In this document: one piece after another, positions 53,193-64,000 of the stretch
Layout: every line of letters starts with the position of its first letter
Numbering within the stretch: position 1 is the first letter of the stretch
Source of the DNA: Octopus vulgaris
Lineage: Eukaryota
Assembly (NCBI GenBank): GCA_951406725.2
Contig: OX597817.1
Coordinates: 46,376,001 to 46,440,000 of the forward strand
Length of the DNA: 64,000 nucleotides
Reading direction: 5' to 3'
The notes under the pieces: generated by a model
Database searches by the model: none
What the model was told of the DNA's origin: nothing
Seen by the model: the letters and a program-made list of their open reading frames with translations, nothing else
Program-made: the position numbers and the translations under genes

Positions 53193-54289
53193 TGAAGTTG
53201 GATAAATGGAAGTATCCAGAAACCCGATGGACGGACTATACTTGTAATTCGAAACTCGACCCTTGTCGCGCACAATCTCGTTCCGATTTTATATATCATA
53301 TTAAAGTTACGTATTTGCAGAATACACATCCACATTCACATTAATTCAACGAGCTGGTAATAATTCAGCTGGTGAAAAAACGGAATCTTCATCGTCGAAA
53401 ATGACGAAGATCCATTAACTCTACTCATTTGCCGCTCTATTTCATTTCCTCATTTCATTTTTTACTTCCCAATTGACCAATCCAAATTCATTTTCTAAAG
53501 TTTCCTTTCCATGTCATTTGTTTCAGATCTTTTCTTTTATCAGAATTGATTAAAACAGCTTCATTTATTTAAAGATTCTTAACTTTCTTTTTATTTTCTT
53601 CCAAGAATGTTCTCAGTCATTATTTCTTCAAAGGTTCCTCTCAGTTCTTGAATATTTGCATCTAATAATAATAAAGGTGCAAATTTTCCTCATATCTCTG
53701 TTTTAAATTCTGTTATGTTAAAGTCTTTAAATTTTTGACGATCATATTTTATTCTTATATTTAGGTTCTTCTTGACTAATTTGAATCTGAGGAACAATCA
53801 GTATCTTCGAATATCGTTCATACAGTATCATGTTACAACACTCTATTAAAAACAAATAAGGCTATGTTATAATCTTCTTAAATATATTCATACATGGTGC
53901 ATGTTTCAACATGCATTGATTGCTGTTGCTGGTGTTTTTTTATTCGTTTAAATCTAATCATCCTTTTCTAAAAAATCGCGAAATAACAAAAGGCGATGAC
54001 TATAATTCTTATTTAGTACGTAAAAACACAGCATTATGCATATAATGATATACACTTATTGGTTTTACGATAAAGAACAGAAAGCTGCATCTTTTTAGAT
54101 GCATTTTATATAATTTATACAAACAATTCGAAATAATGATACAGGAATGTGATAATTATGGCTGGACATAAAATATTGTAGAAATTCTGGAAATAATCTA
54201 GTAATACCTGCTCTGATATCTTGTAAAGATGTACGTTCTAATGGAGTCTTGTCTCCTCTTTTAGATTGTCTTTCACAAGAGGCTAAATA

Positions 54290-54668
54290 CTCTTTTACTC
54301 TAGGCATACGGCCCGAAATTTTTGGGGAGGGAGTCAGTCGTTTAGATCGACACCAGCACGCAATTGGTACTTAATTTATCGACTCCGAAAGGATGAAAAG
54401 CAAAGTTGACCTCGGTGGAATTTGAACTTAGAACGTAGCAGCAGACGAAATACCTATTTCTTTACTACCCACAAGAGGCTAAACATAGAGGGGACACACG
54501 GATTAAGTCGATTATATCAACCCCAGTGCTTGAGTGGTACTTAATTTATCGACCCCGAAAGGATGAAAGGTAAAGTCGACCTCGGTGGAATTTGAACTCA
54601 GAACGAAATGGCAGACGAAATACCGCTAAGCATTTAGCCCGACGTGCTAACGATTCTGCCAGCTCGCA
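54290..54668 (-). mobile_element. SINE family A dimer; distal unit has the alternative tail
   Basis: Junction gaaatag|gtatttcgtctg near 54453. Confidence 0.85.
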
Positions 54669-55468
54669 GACGTTTTTTTTTTTTTTTATGAAGTGCTAGT
54701 GCTTTAACTTATTCTATGAATTATAAGCATATAAATAAAATGTATTTCCAGACGATCAACAAAAAGGTAGTGTTTTTTGTATAATCTTTTTTTTATTTAG
54801 TCGTTAATAACAAATTCATGAAGTTCCAACTGATTATACCTATTTCGAATTCTAAATCTCATCAGTGTGGCATCGAGATCATGACTACAATTTTTGAAAT
54901 TACAGTTGAAAAGGGCGAGTACATTGATTTATTCATTAAATTTCCAGTTCAACAATTTGTATGTAAAAACAATGAAATATCAAGAGAAGCTACATTTTCG
55001 AAATGTGAAACGCCTCTACTATCATATCGACTGCATCGTCATCTGTATTAATTGAACTGTAGAAGGCGATGATTTCCATACCCTAAAAAAACAACAAGCA
55101 CGTATACCTATCATATCAGCAGAACTAGGATTTTATGTCTTGCTGTTCACTACTCTCAAAAGACTGACAGGAGGACTTGAAAAGGTAATAGTGAAATTAT
55201 TATTGCAGAAATAGCAAGGAAATAGACAGACAGCCTGTCGCAGATAATAAAAAAAGTAATAATAATGAAATTATTGTATACAGTGCTCAGGTGCACCACA
55301 CGATCTGAAGTAGAAAAAAAAATTTCCATGGGTTGGGTCGCGGATAGCGACGAAAGCACTTTGAGAAACCTACTCACTTACCGATTGATTAAACGATTAG
55401 TTAATTGGTTAAATGTTAAATTGACTGATAATAATTATAGCAGTGAAATAGAACCAGTACGTATGTTA

Positions 55469-55882
55469 AGGCGGCGAGCTGGCAGAATCGTTAGCACGCC
55501 GGGCGAAATGCTTAGCGGTATTTCGTCTGCCGTTACGTTCTGAGTTAAATTTCCACCGAGGTCGACTTTGCCTTTCAGCCTTTCGGGGTCGATAAATTAA
55601 GTACCAGTTACGCACTAGGGTCGATATAATCGACTTAATACCTTTGTCTGTCCTTATTTGCCCTCTCTCTGTTTAGACCATTGTGGGTAGTAAAGAAATA
55701 GGTATTTCTTCTGCTGCTACGTTCTGAGTTCAAATTCTGCCGAGGTCGACTTTGCTTTCATCCAATTGGGATCGATTAAATAAGAACCAGTTACGCACTG
55801 GGGTCTATATAATCGACTTAATCCGTTTGTCTGTTCTTGTTTGTCCCCGCAATGCTTAGATCCTTGTGGGCAATAGAGAATA
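55469..55882 (+). mobile_element. SINE family A dimer with an ~18-bp TSD
   Basis: agaaccagt(a/g)cgtatgtt flanks both ends; junction gaaatag|gtatttc at ~55701. Confidence 0.88.
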
Positions 55883-56694
55883 AGAACCAGTGCGTATGTT
55901 TAACATTGGTGCAATGAAACTTGCGAAATGCAACAAATATTTTAAGAAATAAGAGCCTTTAAAAATATTTTGGGTTATTTCCCAAGTATCTCATCTGACT
56001 AAGGCGAAGATAATTTATATCAATATTAAAAATTTAAGAATGCTGTCTATCACTGCATCTGGAAGCACTGGAAATTTGGCTCCATTTATAATCGAATAAT
56101 ATCTTTAAATGGAGGAGAATAAAATCGATGTAATTCTTAAATATCCCACCAACGAAGATTATATTATTGTTCTTGACAGTTTGTACTGATGAATTGTTTG
56201 GCAAATTCTAATTATTTTATTCCCCAGTTAGTTCTTCCCGCAAGCCTTATGTACAAACTATTCCTCTCAAAATATCACGAGCATATCATCCAATCTTCGC
56301 ATTTCACTCACTTTGAATTAATTAGTATGTCTTTTGTGCTTTGTCTGCCGATTACTTTCCAGTTATCATAATCGCTAGTTTGGGCACAAATCTTGATAAT
56401 AATTCAGATAGCGAATGGCTTACTTGTTAAACCATTTGAACATATTATACTGGAAATCAGTCCGTAATGTATCACTGAATTTAAGTTAATTTTAGGCACC
56501 ATGAAACCTGTAATACTTTTGTGTTTGACTCAACACTAAACTGTGAACTATGTCCATTATCTGCGACATGGCAGAATTGTTAGCGCGCCGGGAGAAACGC
56601 TTAGCGGCATTTCTTCCGTCTTAACGTCCTCAGTTCAAATCCCGCCGTGGTCAGCCTTACCTTTCATTATTTTGCTGTCGATAAAATAAATACC

Positions 56695-56930
56695 TATTTC
56701 TTTACTACCCACAAGGGGCTAAACACAGAAAGGACAAACAAGGACAGACAAACGGATTATGTCGATTATATCGACCTCAGTACGTAACTGGTACTTATTT
56801 AATCGACCCCGAAGGGATGAAAGGCAAAGTCGACCTCGGCGGAATTTGAACTTTGAACGTAACGGCAGACGAAATACCACTAACCATTTCGTCCGGGGTG
56901 CTCACGTTTCTGCCAGCTCGCTGCCTTATA
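56695..56930 (-). mobile_element. SINE family A with a 17-bp TSD, nested antisense in an older family A variant (~56563-57025, plus)
   Basis: TSD tcgataaaataaatacc at 56678-56694 and 56931-56947. Confidence 0.9.
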
Positions 56931-57174
56931 TCGATAAAATAAATACCATTTGGACACTGGGATCGAAGTATGCTACTTATTCCCTTACCTAAAATTGTTG
57001 GCGTCCTGCCAAAATTTGAAACCAATACGGTACATTTTGCTCATCATATTTCAGCAAACCCCAAACCATTACAAAAATATCTCTCCATTCTATTATTAAA
57101 GAATATATTTTCAGTTGGAATAACATTTTGTTACATTCAAAGTTCTACTTATAAAAGGGATATCTACATTCTTT

Positions 57175-57343
57175 TAGTTTTTACTCTTTTACTTGTTTCA
57201 GTCATTTGATTGTGGCCATGCTGGAGCACCGCCTTTTAGTCAAGCAAATCGACCCCAGAACTTATTCTTTGTAAGCCTAGTACTTATTCTATCGGATCTC
57301 TTTTGCCGAACCGCTAAGTTACGGGGACGTAATCACAGCAGCA
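57175..57343 (-). mobile_element. SINE family B 3' fragment
   Basis: Tail and 3' body only. Confidence 0.8.
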
Positions 57344-58894
57344 TTTAGAAATCTACCATCCTATTATCTAACCATGAAATAGGTAGCATTATGATAGCTA
57401 GTATCATTAGTAGGTAAAACATGGCAAAACACACGAGGTTAAGTAGATGAAGAACCACATCAAAGATGGATACACAGATAAATCTAAAGTCGAGTATAAC
57501 AGGTACATTTATGCAACGTATTCATAAATTCCACAAAAGCAAGTATCAGTTTGAGCGACGGTCAAAGAGGACTTGTAATACGTCGGAAATATGAAACACC
57601 CTCAATTGTTGTATTTGCATTCTAGATGAAATGTCGTTTCTTTGTAGTTTTCTCAGTTATCTCCATACGAGTTCTAAGACTTGAAAGTTGCATATTACTC
57701 CATTAGTAACTTGATAAGAATTGAATTACTTTAGATCTGTTTAAAGTAATTTGAAATCACTTAATGTAGATTTTGGCCGAGGTTTCTATACCTTTAGTTT
57801 TTTAATTAAGTACTGTCGGATCATCCAATTCCTGGTCTTTGGATCTGCCCATGGCACAATGATAGCAATAACGTTGTTAATTCACACACAAACCTTCCTT
57901 TGTGGTTAGACTACAATGCGAAGAACACATTAGAAGTTGGATATACCAAGCTTTTCAATCAACTAGGAATGCTGTATAAAGATAGATAAACTTTAAATGA
58001 CTGCACATAAATAGGATTTCGTCTTTTTCATTCGCATTATATTCAAAATTTCTTCTGCATTATTTATGTTCTTTTATGTTCAATGAAACATAATAGCAAC
58101 GATGGCTGGCCTGTACCAAATATTTAACCTCATGAAAGAGGCGTTAATAAATAACACGGAGCTAATTCTTTCTTCACATTTATATCATTAACTTGACAAG
58201 TACATTCAATAGGAGGCCAAAGAAATATTGAAGCTTAACTGGGACAACGACTTGCCATTTGAAAACACATAAACAGGAGGAAAAAGATCAATTGGAAAAT
58301 ATATACAACATATATTTTTGTTAGTCTGCAAACACAGAGGAGTCCTTTGAAAATGTCGCCAACACATCAAGTCTATAATTGAATAAAAAGACTGTTATTC
58401 AAACACAAAAAGCCCACAAAACAACGATGTTCGGTTGTTAACAGGGAAAAAATTAGGAGACTGAAACAGATTCCCCTATCATTATCATTACCATTATTTG
58501 CATCGATCCTGATGTTGTTATTGTTGTTGTTGTTGTTTTTGGTGTTTGCAATAAAAGGCTGTGTTTATCAGAGTATCTTTCTCTCGATGGTAAAAAGGGT
58601 TCTCATTTTTTATATATTATTTTGTCAGCAAAATATTCGAGAATGTTCTAGTGTTCGCTCCCACTAAGCAGGAATCGTTGGAGAAATAAGGTTTGTCACG
58701 GAACAAGAAAATATTTGTTATTCATGACTTTCTGTAGGCTCCGTTGGAAAATCGCACTAATAGGGGATTAAGAATTCGGACTTCCTGCTTTGAAAAATAT
58801 TTCTTAAAATTTTACTAATGTAAAAAAAATAAAGACTGTTAATAAATGTAGTATTAGACATAGATATGAACACAGAATTTAAACTTTAACAAAC

Positions 58895-59190
58895 AGGCGT
58901 AGGAGTGACTATGTGGAAAGTAGCTTGCTTACCAGCCACATGGTTCCGGGTTCGGTCCCACTGCGTTGCACTTTGGGCAAGTGTCTTGTATTATAACCTC
59001 GGGCCGACCAAAGCCTTGTGAGTGGATTTGGTAGACGGAAACTGAGAGAAGACCGTCGTATATATATATATATGTGTGTGTATATGTTTGTGTGTCTGTG
59101 ATGTCCCCCAGCATCGGCGGTCGATTGCTCGACTAAAATCGGTGCTCCAGCATGGCCGCAGTCAAATGACTGAAACAAGTAAAAGAGTAA
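58895..59190 (+). mobile_element. SINE family B with an internal deletion
   Basis: Head, microsatellite and tail present. Confidence 0.82.
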
Positions 59191-59699
59191 ACAAAAATGA
59201 AAATCATTTGTTGTAGAATCGCTAATACCTTTAATTATAAAAGCAGCTACAGCATCATGAGCACAATTAGAAAAATTGATTGTATACCAATCAATTCCAA
59301 GGAAAGGGGAAATACACCAGAAACATTATTAGACGATATGGTGGACGAAGAAGAAAAAGATAGGAAAGTAGTTCTGCCGCTCGAAAAGTAGAAGGGAATT
59401 CCATATCCCATCAAAGCAGTAGTTAGAGGGTGATACTGATCGGCGTTTAGTATGTGGACATCATCCATGAGGAAAGGTTTTATGAAAGTGAGTGTCTAGT
59501 TTTTGAGAGAGGACAGGGGTGAGAAAACAAGCGCCTGATGTGCTACAAGTCTAGCCACAAACAGGAGCCGCAATAATATACAAGATAAAACACAAGAGTC
59601 ACAGATAATTGCATGCGTACCGTAAAGAATCCATGAGCCATTGACATTGGTTAACTTTACTGAGCCGTACGCAGGGCCAGTGAGCGAAAAGGAAAAATT

Positions 59700-59918
59700 T
59701 AACAAGGGTCTAAACGCAGAGAGGACAAACAAGAACAGACCAACGGATTAAGTCGATTACATCGACCCCAGTGCGCAACTGGTACTTAATTTATCGATCT
59801 CAAAAGAATGAAAGGCAAAGTGGATCTCGGCGGAATTTGAACTTAGAACGTAACGGCAGACGAAATACAGCTACGCATTTCGCCCGGCGTGCTAACGTTT
59901 CTGCCAGCTCGCCGCCTT
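59700..59918 (-). mobile_element. SINE family A
   Basis: Near full-length match. Confidence 0.85.
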
Positions 59919-60879
59919 ACATTTAACAATATATATTAGAATGACTCTCGAGTATGACATATCTAAGCCAGAATTGTACTCCATTGTGGATGAAAAGAGA
60001 AATGTGAGAATGGTGTTTTAGGGCAGAAATTACTGGAATGGCATGAGTTTGAGGAAGATTCACAAATACCTTTTTGCTTAGGAGGGGAAGAAACAGCAAA
60101 AGCCATAGCTGCGCCTCCACTGAACCATATCCACGATCCTGAGTATAGACAGCGCCTATGAAATTGCTTCTTCCTCTGTGCTGCATATAATAGTTACTGA
60201 GGAAGGAGGAGACCATCAATAAACTATAGATTGATGATTTGTTTCGATTTTGTAGTTTTATTGTATCACAAATGTGTTAGAAACTTGTGAAGTTCCTTGT
60301 AGAGCTATTTTCTCTATGCTCTGCTATTCGGAAAGCTGGAATCTTGGTTATTCCTTTATCTGCATGGTTTAATCTTTTCTAATTAAGATTGCTTGTTTTC
60401 AGTATCCGTGTTCATATAACATTTAGCTGTAGCTTTTTTTTTTATCTCTAAATCATTTCTGCATTTTTTGAGAAGCGTACATCATCGTCTGATTGTGCAT
60501 GATGCTTTAACTAGGAGGCACTTGTTTCGAATGATTCATAGCAAGAATGACGGCGCCATTACATCTGACCTCTTTGCCTGCTTGTACTGAAATATCACAC
60601 ATCATTGTGGATTCGTCCTTGTTTCGGAATATTAATTCATTCACTCTCCTGTTGGCATTTCATAATCTTCAGATAAACTCCAGTGCAAGTCCCAACTATC
60701 ATGCTTCTGGATGCATTTTAACTCGCCTAAGACTGCAATCCCTTGAGAAGGAAGTCCACTATTTCTTACCAACCTGCACATAATCTACTGTGGTTTACTG
60801 TATTCTCTTTCATTATTTACTTTTGTTTGTTACTGCTAGAAAGCTTCTCATTCTAAGCTATAATTAATAATCTTGTGGA

Positions 60880-60953
60880 GCTCCAATAGCTCAGTGGTTT
60901 AGAGCACTGGTTTCGTAAACCAGAAGTCGTGAGTTCGAACCTCACTTGGGGCA
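60880..60953 (+). tRNA. tRNA-Thr-CGT: tRNA-Thr(CGT), probably a retroposed copy
   Basis: Full cloverleaf: acceptor GCTCCAA/TTGGGGC, D stem GCTC/GAGC, anticodon stem CTGGT/ACCAG with loop TTCGTAA, T stem GTGAG/CTCAC with loop TTCGAAC, discriminator A. No CCA and no T4 terminator directly downstream. Confidence 0.85.
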
Positions 60954-60972
60954 GTGTGTTACTTTCTAGTGA

Positions 60973-61203
60973 GGCGGTGAGCTGGCAGAAACGTTAGCAC
61001 GCCGGGCGAAATGCTTAGCGGTAATTCGTCTGTTGTTACGTTCTGAGTTCAAATTCCGCCGAGGTCGACTTTGCCTTTCATCCTCTCGGGGTCGATAAGT
61101 AAAGTACCAGTTTCGGACTGGGTCGATGTAATCGACTTAATCCCTTTGTTTGTCCTTGTTTGTCCCCTCTGTGTTTAAGCCCCTTGTGGATAGTAAAGAA
61201 ATA
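60973..61203 (+). mobile_element. SINE family A, co-inserted with the tRNA
   Basis: Full-length; the TSD tataattaataatcttg (60859-60875 and 61204-61220) encloses both the tRNA and the SINE. Confidence 0.9.
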
Positions 61204-61865
61204 TATAATTAATAATCTTGACGTCTCAGTTTCCAGTCCTGAACTTTTCAGCCAGTGTTGGAATTTTCTTTTATCTATATCTTCGCAGTTATTTGGTCAA
61301 GCATATTCTGCCATTGCGTCATGATGACATATTGTAAGAATATTTTTAGCTATGTTTTCTCTTTTATATATTTTCTCTATTTATTTCTCCATTTCGCTCA
61401 CAGCAAAAAATGTCATGTTAGCTCCAGGTTTTTATATCTCTTCTATCTTGAAGATGAAACAATTTTTATTTAACTCTTTGAACTTCTGTAAATTTATTCT
61501 CCATTTGTTCTCCTTTACTAGACATATGTTTTTAGTCCTACAATAGATATTTCATGAAAGAATATTATTTGCGTAAGGCCATTACCGATCAGATTTCGGA
61601 TGATAAATTTTTAAGTTGTCATTCTTTTTTTGTTTTCCTGTCAACTCTTGCTAAGTAATTTAGTTTCAGCTGAGAGTATTATAAATATAATGTATTGTTA
61701 AGACTAGCATCCTCCTATTTTATCTTATTTATTTACTTATTTATTTGTACCTAACTCTGTTGGAGAATTAATCAAATGCATTTATAATTGTCTTTCCTAA
61801 ATGTTCTATTATTTGTGTTGTGCTTCGCATACCTCATTGATTCCTCAATATATGGAAGTTTATAC

Positions 61866-62815
61866 AGCGGCGAGCTGGCAGAGGCGTTAGCACGCCGGGC
61901 GAAATGCTTAGCGATATTTCGTCTGCTGCTACGTTCTGATTTCAAATTCCGCCGAGGTCAACTTTGCCTTTCATCCTTTCGGGGTCGATAAATTAAGTAC
62001 CAGTTACGCACTGACGTCGATACAATCGACTTCATCCGTTTGTCTGTCCTTGTTTGATTCCTCTGTGTTTATCCCCTTGTGGGTAGTAAAGAAATTGGTA
62101 TTTCGTCTGCCTTTACGTACTGAGTTCAAATTCCGCCGAGGTCGACTTTGCCTTTCATCATTTCGGGGTCGATAAATTAAGTACCAGTTACGCACTGAGG
62201 TCGATATAATCGACTTAATCCGCTTGCCTGTCCTTGTTTGTTTCCTCTGTGTTTAGCCCCTTGTGGGTAGTAAAGAAATTGGTATTTCGTCTGCCTTTAC
62301 GTTCTGAGTTCAAATTCCGCCGTGGTCGACTTTGCTTTTCATCATTTCGGGGTCGATAAATTAAGTATCAGTTCCACATTGGGGTCGATGTAATCGACTT
62401 AATCCGTTTGTCTGTCCTTGTTTGTCCCCTCAATGTTTAGCCTCTTGTGGGTAGTAAAGAAATAGGTATTTCGTCTGCCGCTACGTTCTAAGTTCAAATT
62501 CCGCCGAGGTCGACTTTGCCTTTCATCATTTCGGGGTCAATAAATTAAGTACCAGTTGCGTGCTGGTGTCGATCTAATCGATTGACCCCCATCCCCAAAA
62601 TTTCAGCCATTGTGCCTAGAGTAGAAAATAATATAATATTTACGCTTGTTATTTCGTCTGCCTTTACGTTCTGAGTTCAAATTCCGCCGAGGTCGACTTT
62701 GCCTTTCATCCTTTCGGAGTCGATAAATAAAGTACCAATTGCGTACTGGCGTTGATCTAAACGACTGATTCCCTCCCCCAAAATTTCAGGCCTTGTGCCT
62801 AGAGTAGAAAAGAAT
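61866..62815 (+). mobile_element. SINE family A multimer: one headed unit plus four headless units
   Basis: Units restart at (g)gtatttcgtctgcc near 62098, 62282, 62466 and 62650; the last two have the alternative tail. Confidence 0.88.
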
Positions 62816-63605
62816 ATGTGTCCGTTCTAATTCTTTTGACTGTTTCTTTAACAAATATCATTGTCACGTTCTTAGTTTTCCTCTCTTCAGATTTGCCTTG
62901 GTGTGCATTTTTCTAATGCCAATCCCATATCAATGCTTTTGATAATTCAGTGTAATATTTCTGGCTGTATCTCTAATTGTCTATAATCAGCCACTTACAA
63001 CTTAATATCATTCTCTGTCAGTATTTCTATTAGCGCGCATTATTATTTAATATGTCACTTAAAGGTGTTAAAGCAAGGTAGAAATGGAGTGAAAACTGGT
63101 TGTTAACTTAGAATATATACCATACCTATTGGAGTTTTCTCGATGTATATATTTCCTTTTCTTTTTTCATTTTGCGAATATGCAGAATTATTTGTCATAT
63201 AATCTTGATAATTTTAATGATTTTTCAGGCTAACTTACGCGCTGATAACAGCCTCCTGGTAGTCAATGCATGGCATGCTGTCACTCTTGCTTCTACAGTT
63301 TAAGTTCAAAACATTGTTGACACTTACTGATACTTGCATCCATAAAAGTCTTTGTCACATCTATTCTGTTTTTCTCAAAAAAAAAAAAATCCATGATTTC
63401 TTTCTTCGTCGTTTTGTGAGAAGTCTCCGGGCTTGATGGTAACAAGGAAAAATTATTCTCAAGCCGGAGACCTTTCAAGCAAGTGTTAGCAATGTGAAGA
63501 CTTCTAAAGGAACTCTCTTCTAAGAAGAAAGTAATCGTGTCAAACCGTGCAACGAATTATATCCACCACTTAAAAATTCAGAAAACAAAGAGGTAGAACA
63601 TATAT

Positions 63606-64000
63606 TTAATTCTTTATTGCCCACAAGGAGCTAAACATAGAGGGGACAAACAAGGACAGATAAAGGGACTGACTTTATTACATCGACCCCAGTGCGAAAC
63701 TGGTACTTATTTAATCGATTCCAAAAGGATGAAAGGCAGAGTTGATCGCGGTAGAATTTGAACTCATAACGTAGCGGCAGACGAATTATCTATTTCTTTA
63801 CTATGCACAAGGGGCTAAACACAGAGAGGACAAACAAGGACAGACAAACGGATTAAGTCGATTATATCGATCCCAGTGCGTAACTGGTACTTATCTAATT
63901 GACCCCGAAACGATGAAAGACAAAGTCGACGTCGGCGGAATTTGAACTCAGAACGTAGCGGCAGACGAAATACTGCTAAGCATTTCGGCCGGGTTGCTAA
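63606..64000 (-). mobile_element. SINE family A dimer running off the window end
   Basis: Two units; junction near 63790. Confidence 0.85.

Larger units (their letters stand above)
60270..63420 (-). mobile_element. Ancient, heavily degraded R4/Dong-like retrotransposon interrupted by younger insertions
   Basis: Hand translation gives collinear remnants: GCKYQ..NCRSK..SMPCIDYQEA, FYLALTPLSDILNN, IDMGLALEKC..KRGKL, Y*GINE, RVDRKTKK..YHPKSD, HWLKSSGLETET, QKHD, NDLEIK, IEKIALQGTSQV. From IDMGLALEKC onward these match the 6947-8496 protein in order; the first two match R4-clade RT motifs from memory. Confidence 0.75.

Noticed and set aside
59400-60230. Possible RNase H and CCHC remnants of an old LINE on the minus strand (AVYT..., CDSC..ILL)
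   Set aside because: Motifs are incomplete and frame-broken; not supportable without a profile search.
61866-62815. Regularly spaced repeats resembling a CRISPR array or satellite
   Set aside because: The units are whole SINE bodies with no unique spacers, in eukaryotic context and with no cas genes.

Overview
AT-rich, microsatellite-dense eukaryotic DNA made almost entirely of repeats. The repeat content suggests a mollusc, probably an octopus (inference). I found no supportable host protein-coding gene; most ORF-track entries are translated microsatellites or SINEs. Recognisable content: (1) three R4/Dong-like non-LTR retrotransposon relics (RT plus restriction-like endonuclease), two young ones inside (TAA)n arrays at 5.6-8.5 kb and one ancient one at 60.3-63.4 kb that the ORF track largely misses; (2) a 5'-truncated Penelope-like element (RT plus GIY-YIG, Neptune-like) at 45.0-47.7 kb; (3) at least four tRNA-derived SINE families, non-autonomous Helitrons, MITEs and Tc1/mariner relics; (4) one well-folded tRNA-Thr(CGT). 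The most interesting observations are: (a) the tRNA-Thr, with short flanks, forms one insertion with a SINE inside a perfect 17-bp target-site duplication (TSD); (b) about ten minimal type-I hammerhead-ribozyme-like motifs sit in Penelope pLTR-like or retrozyme-like units, in tandem and inverted arrangements, some with a shared non-canonical core; (c) one SINE family repeatedly inserts at G(G)TAYT sites, including inside itself and its relatives, and forms multimers with a fixed junction. All alignments and folds were done by eye, and coordinates are approximate unless a TSD or TIR is quoted.
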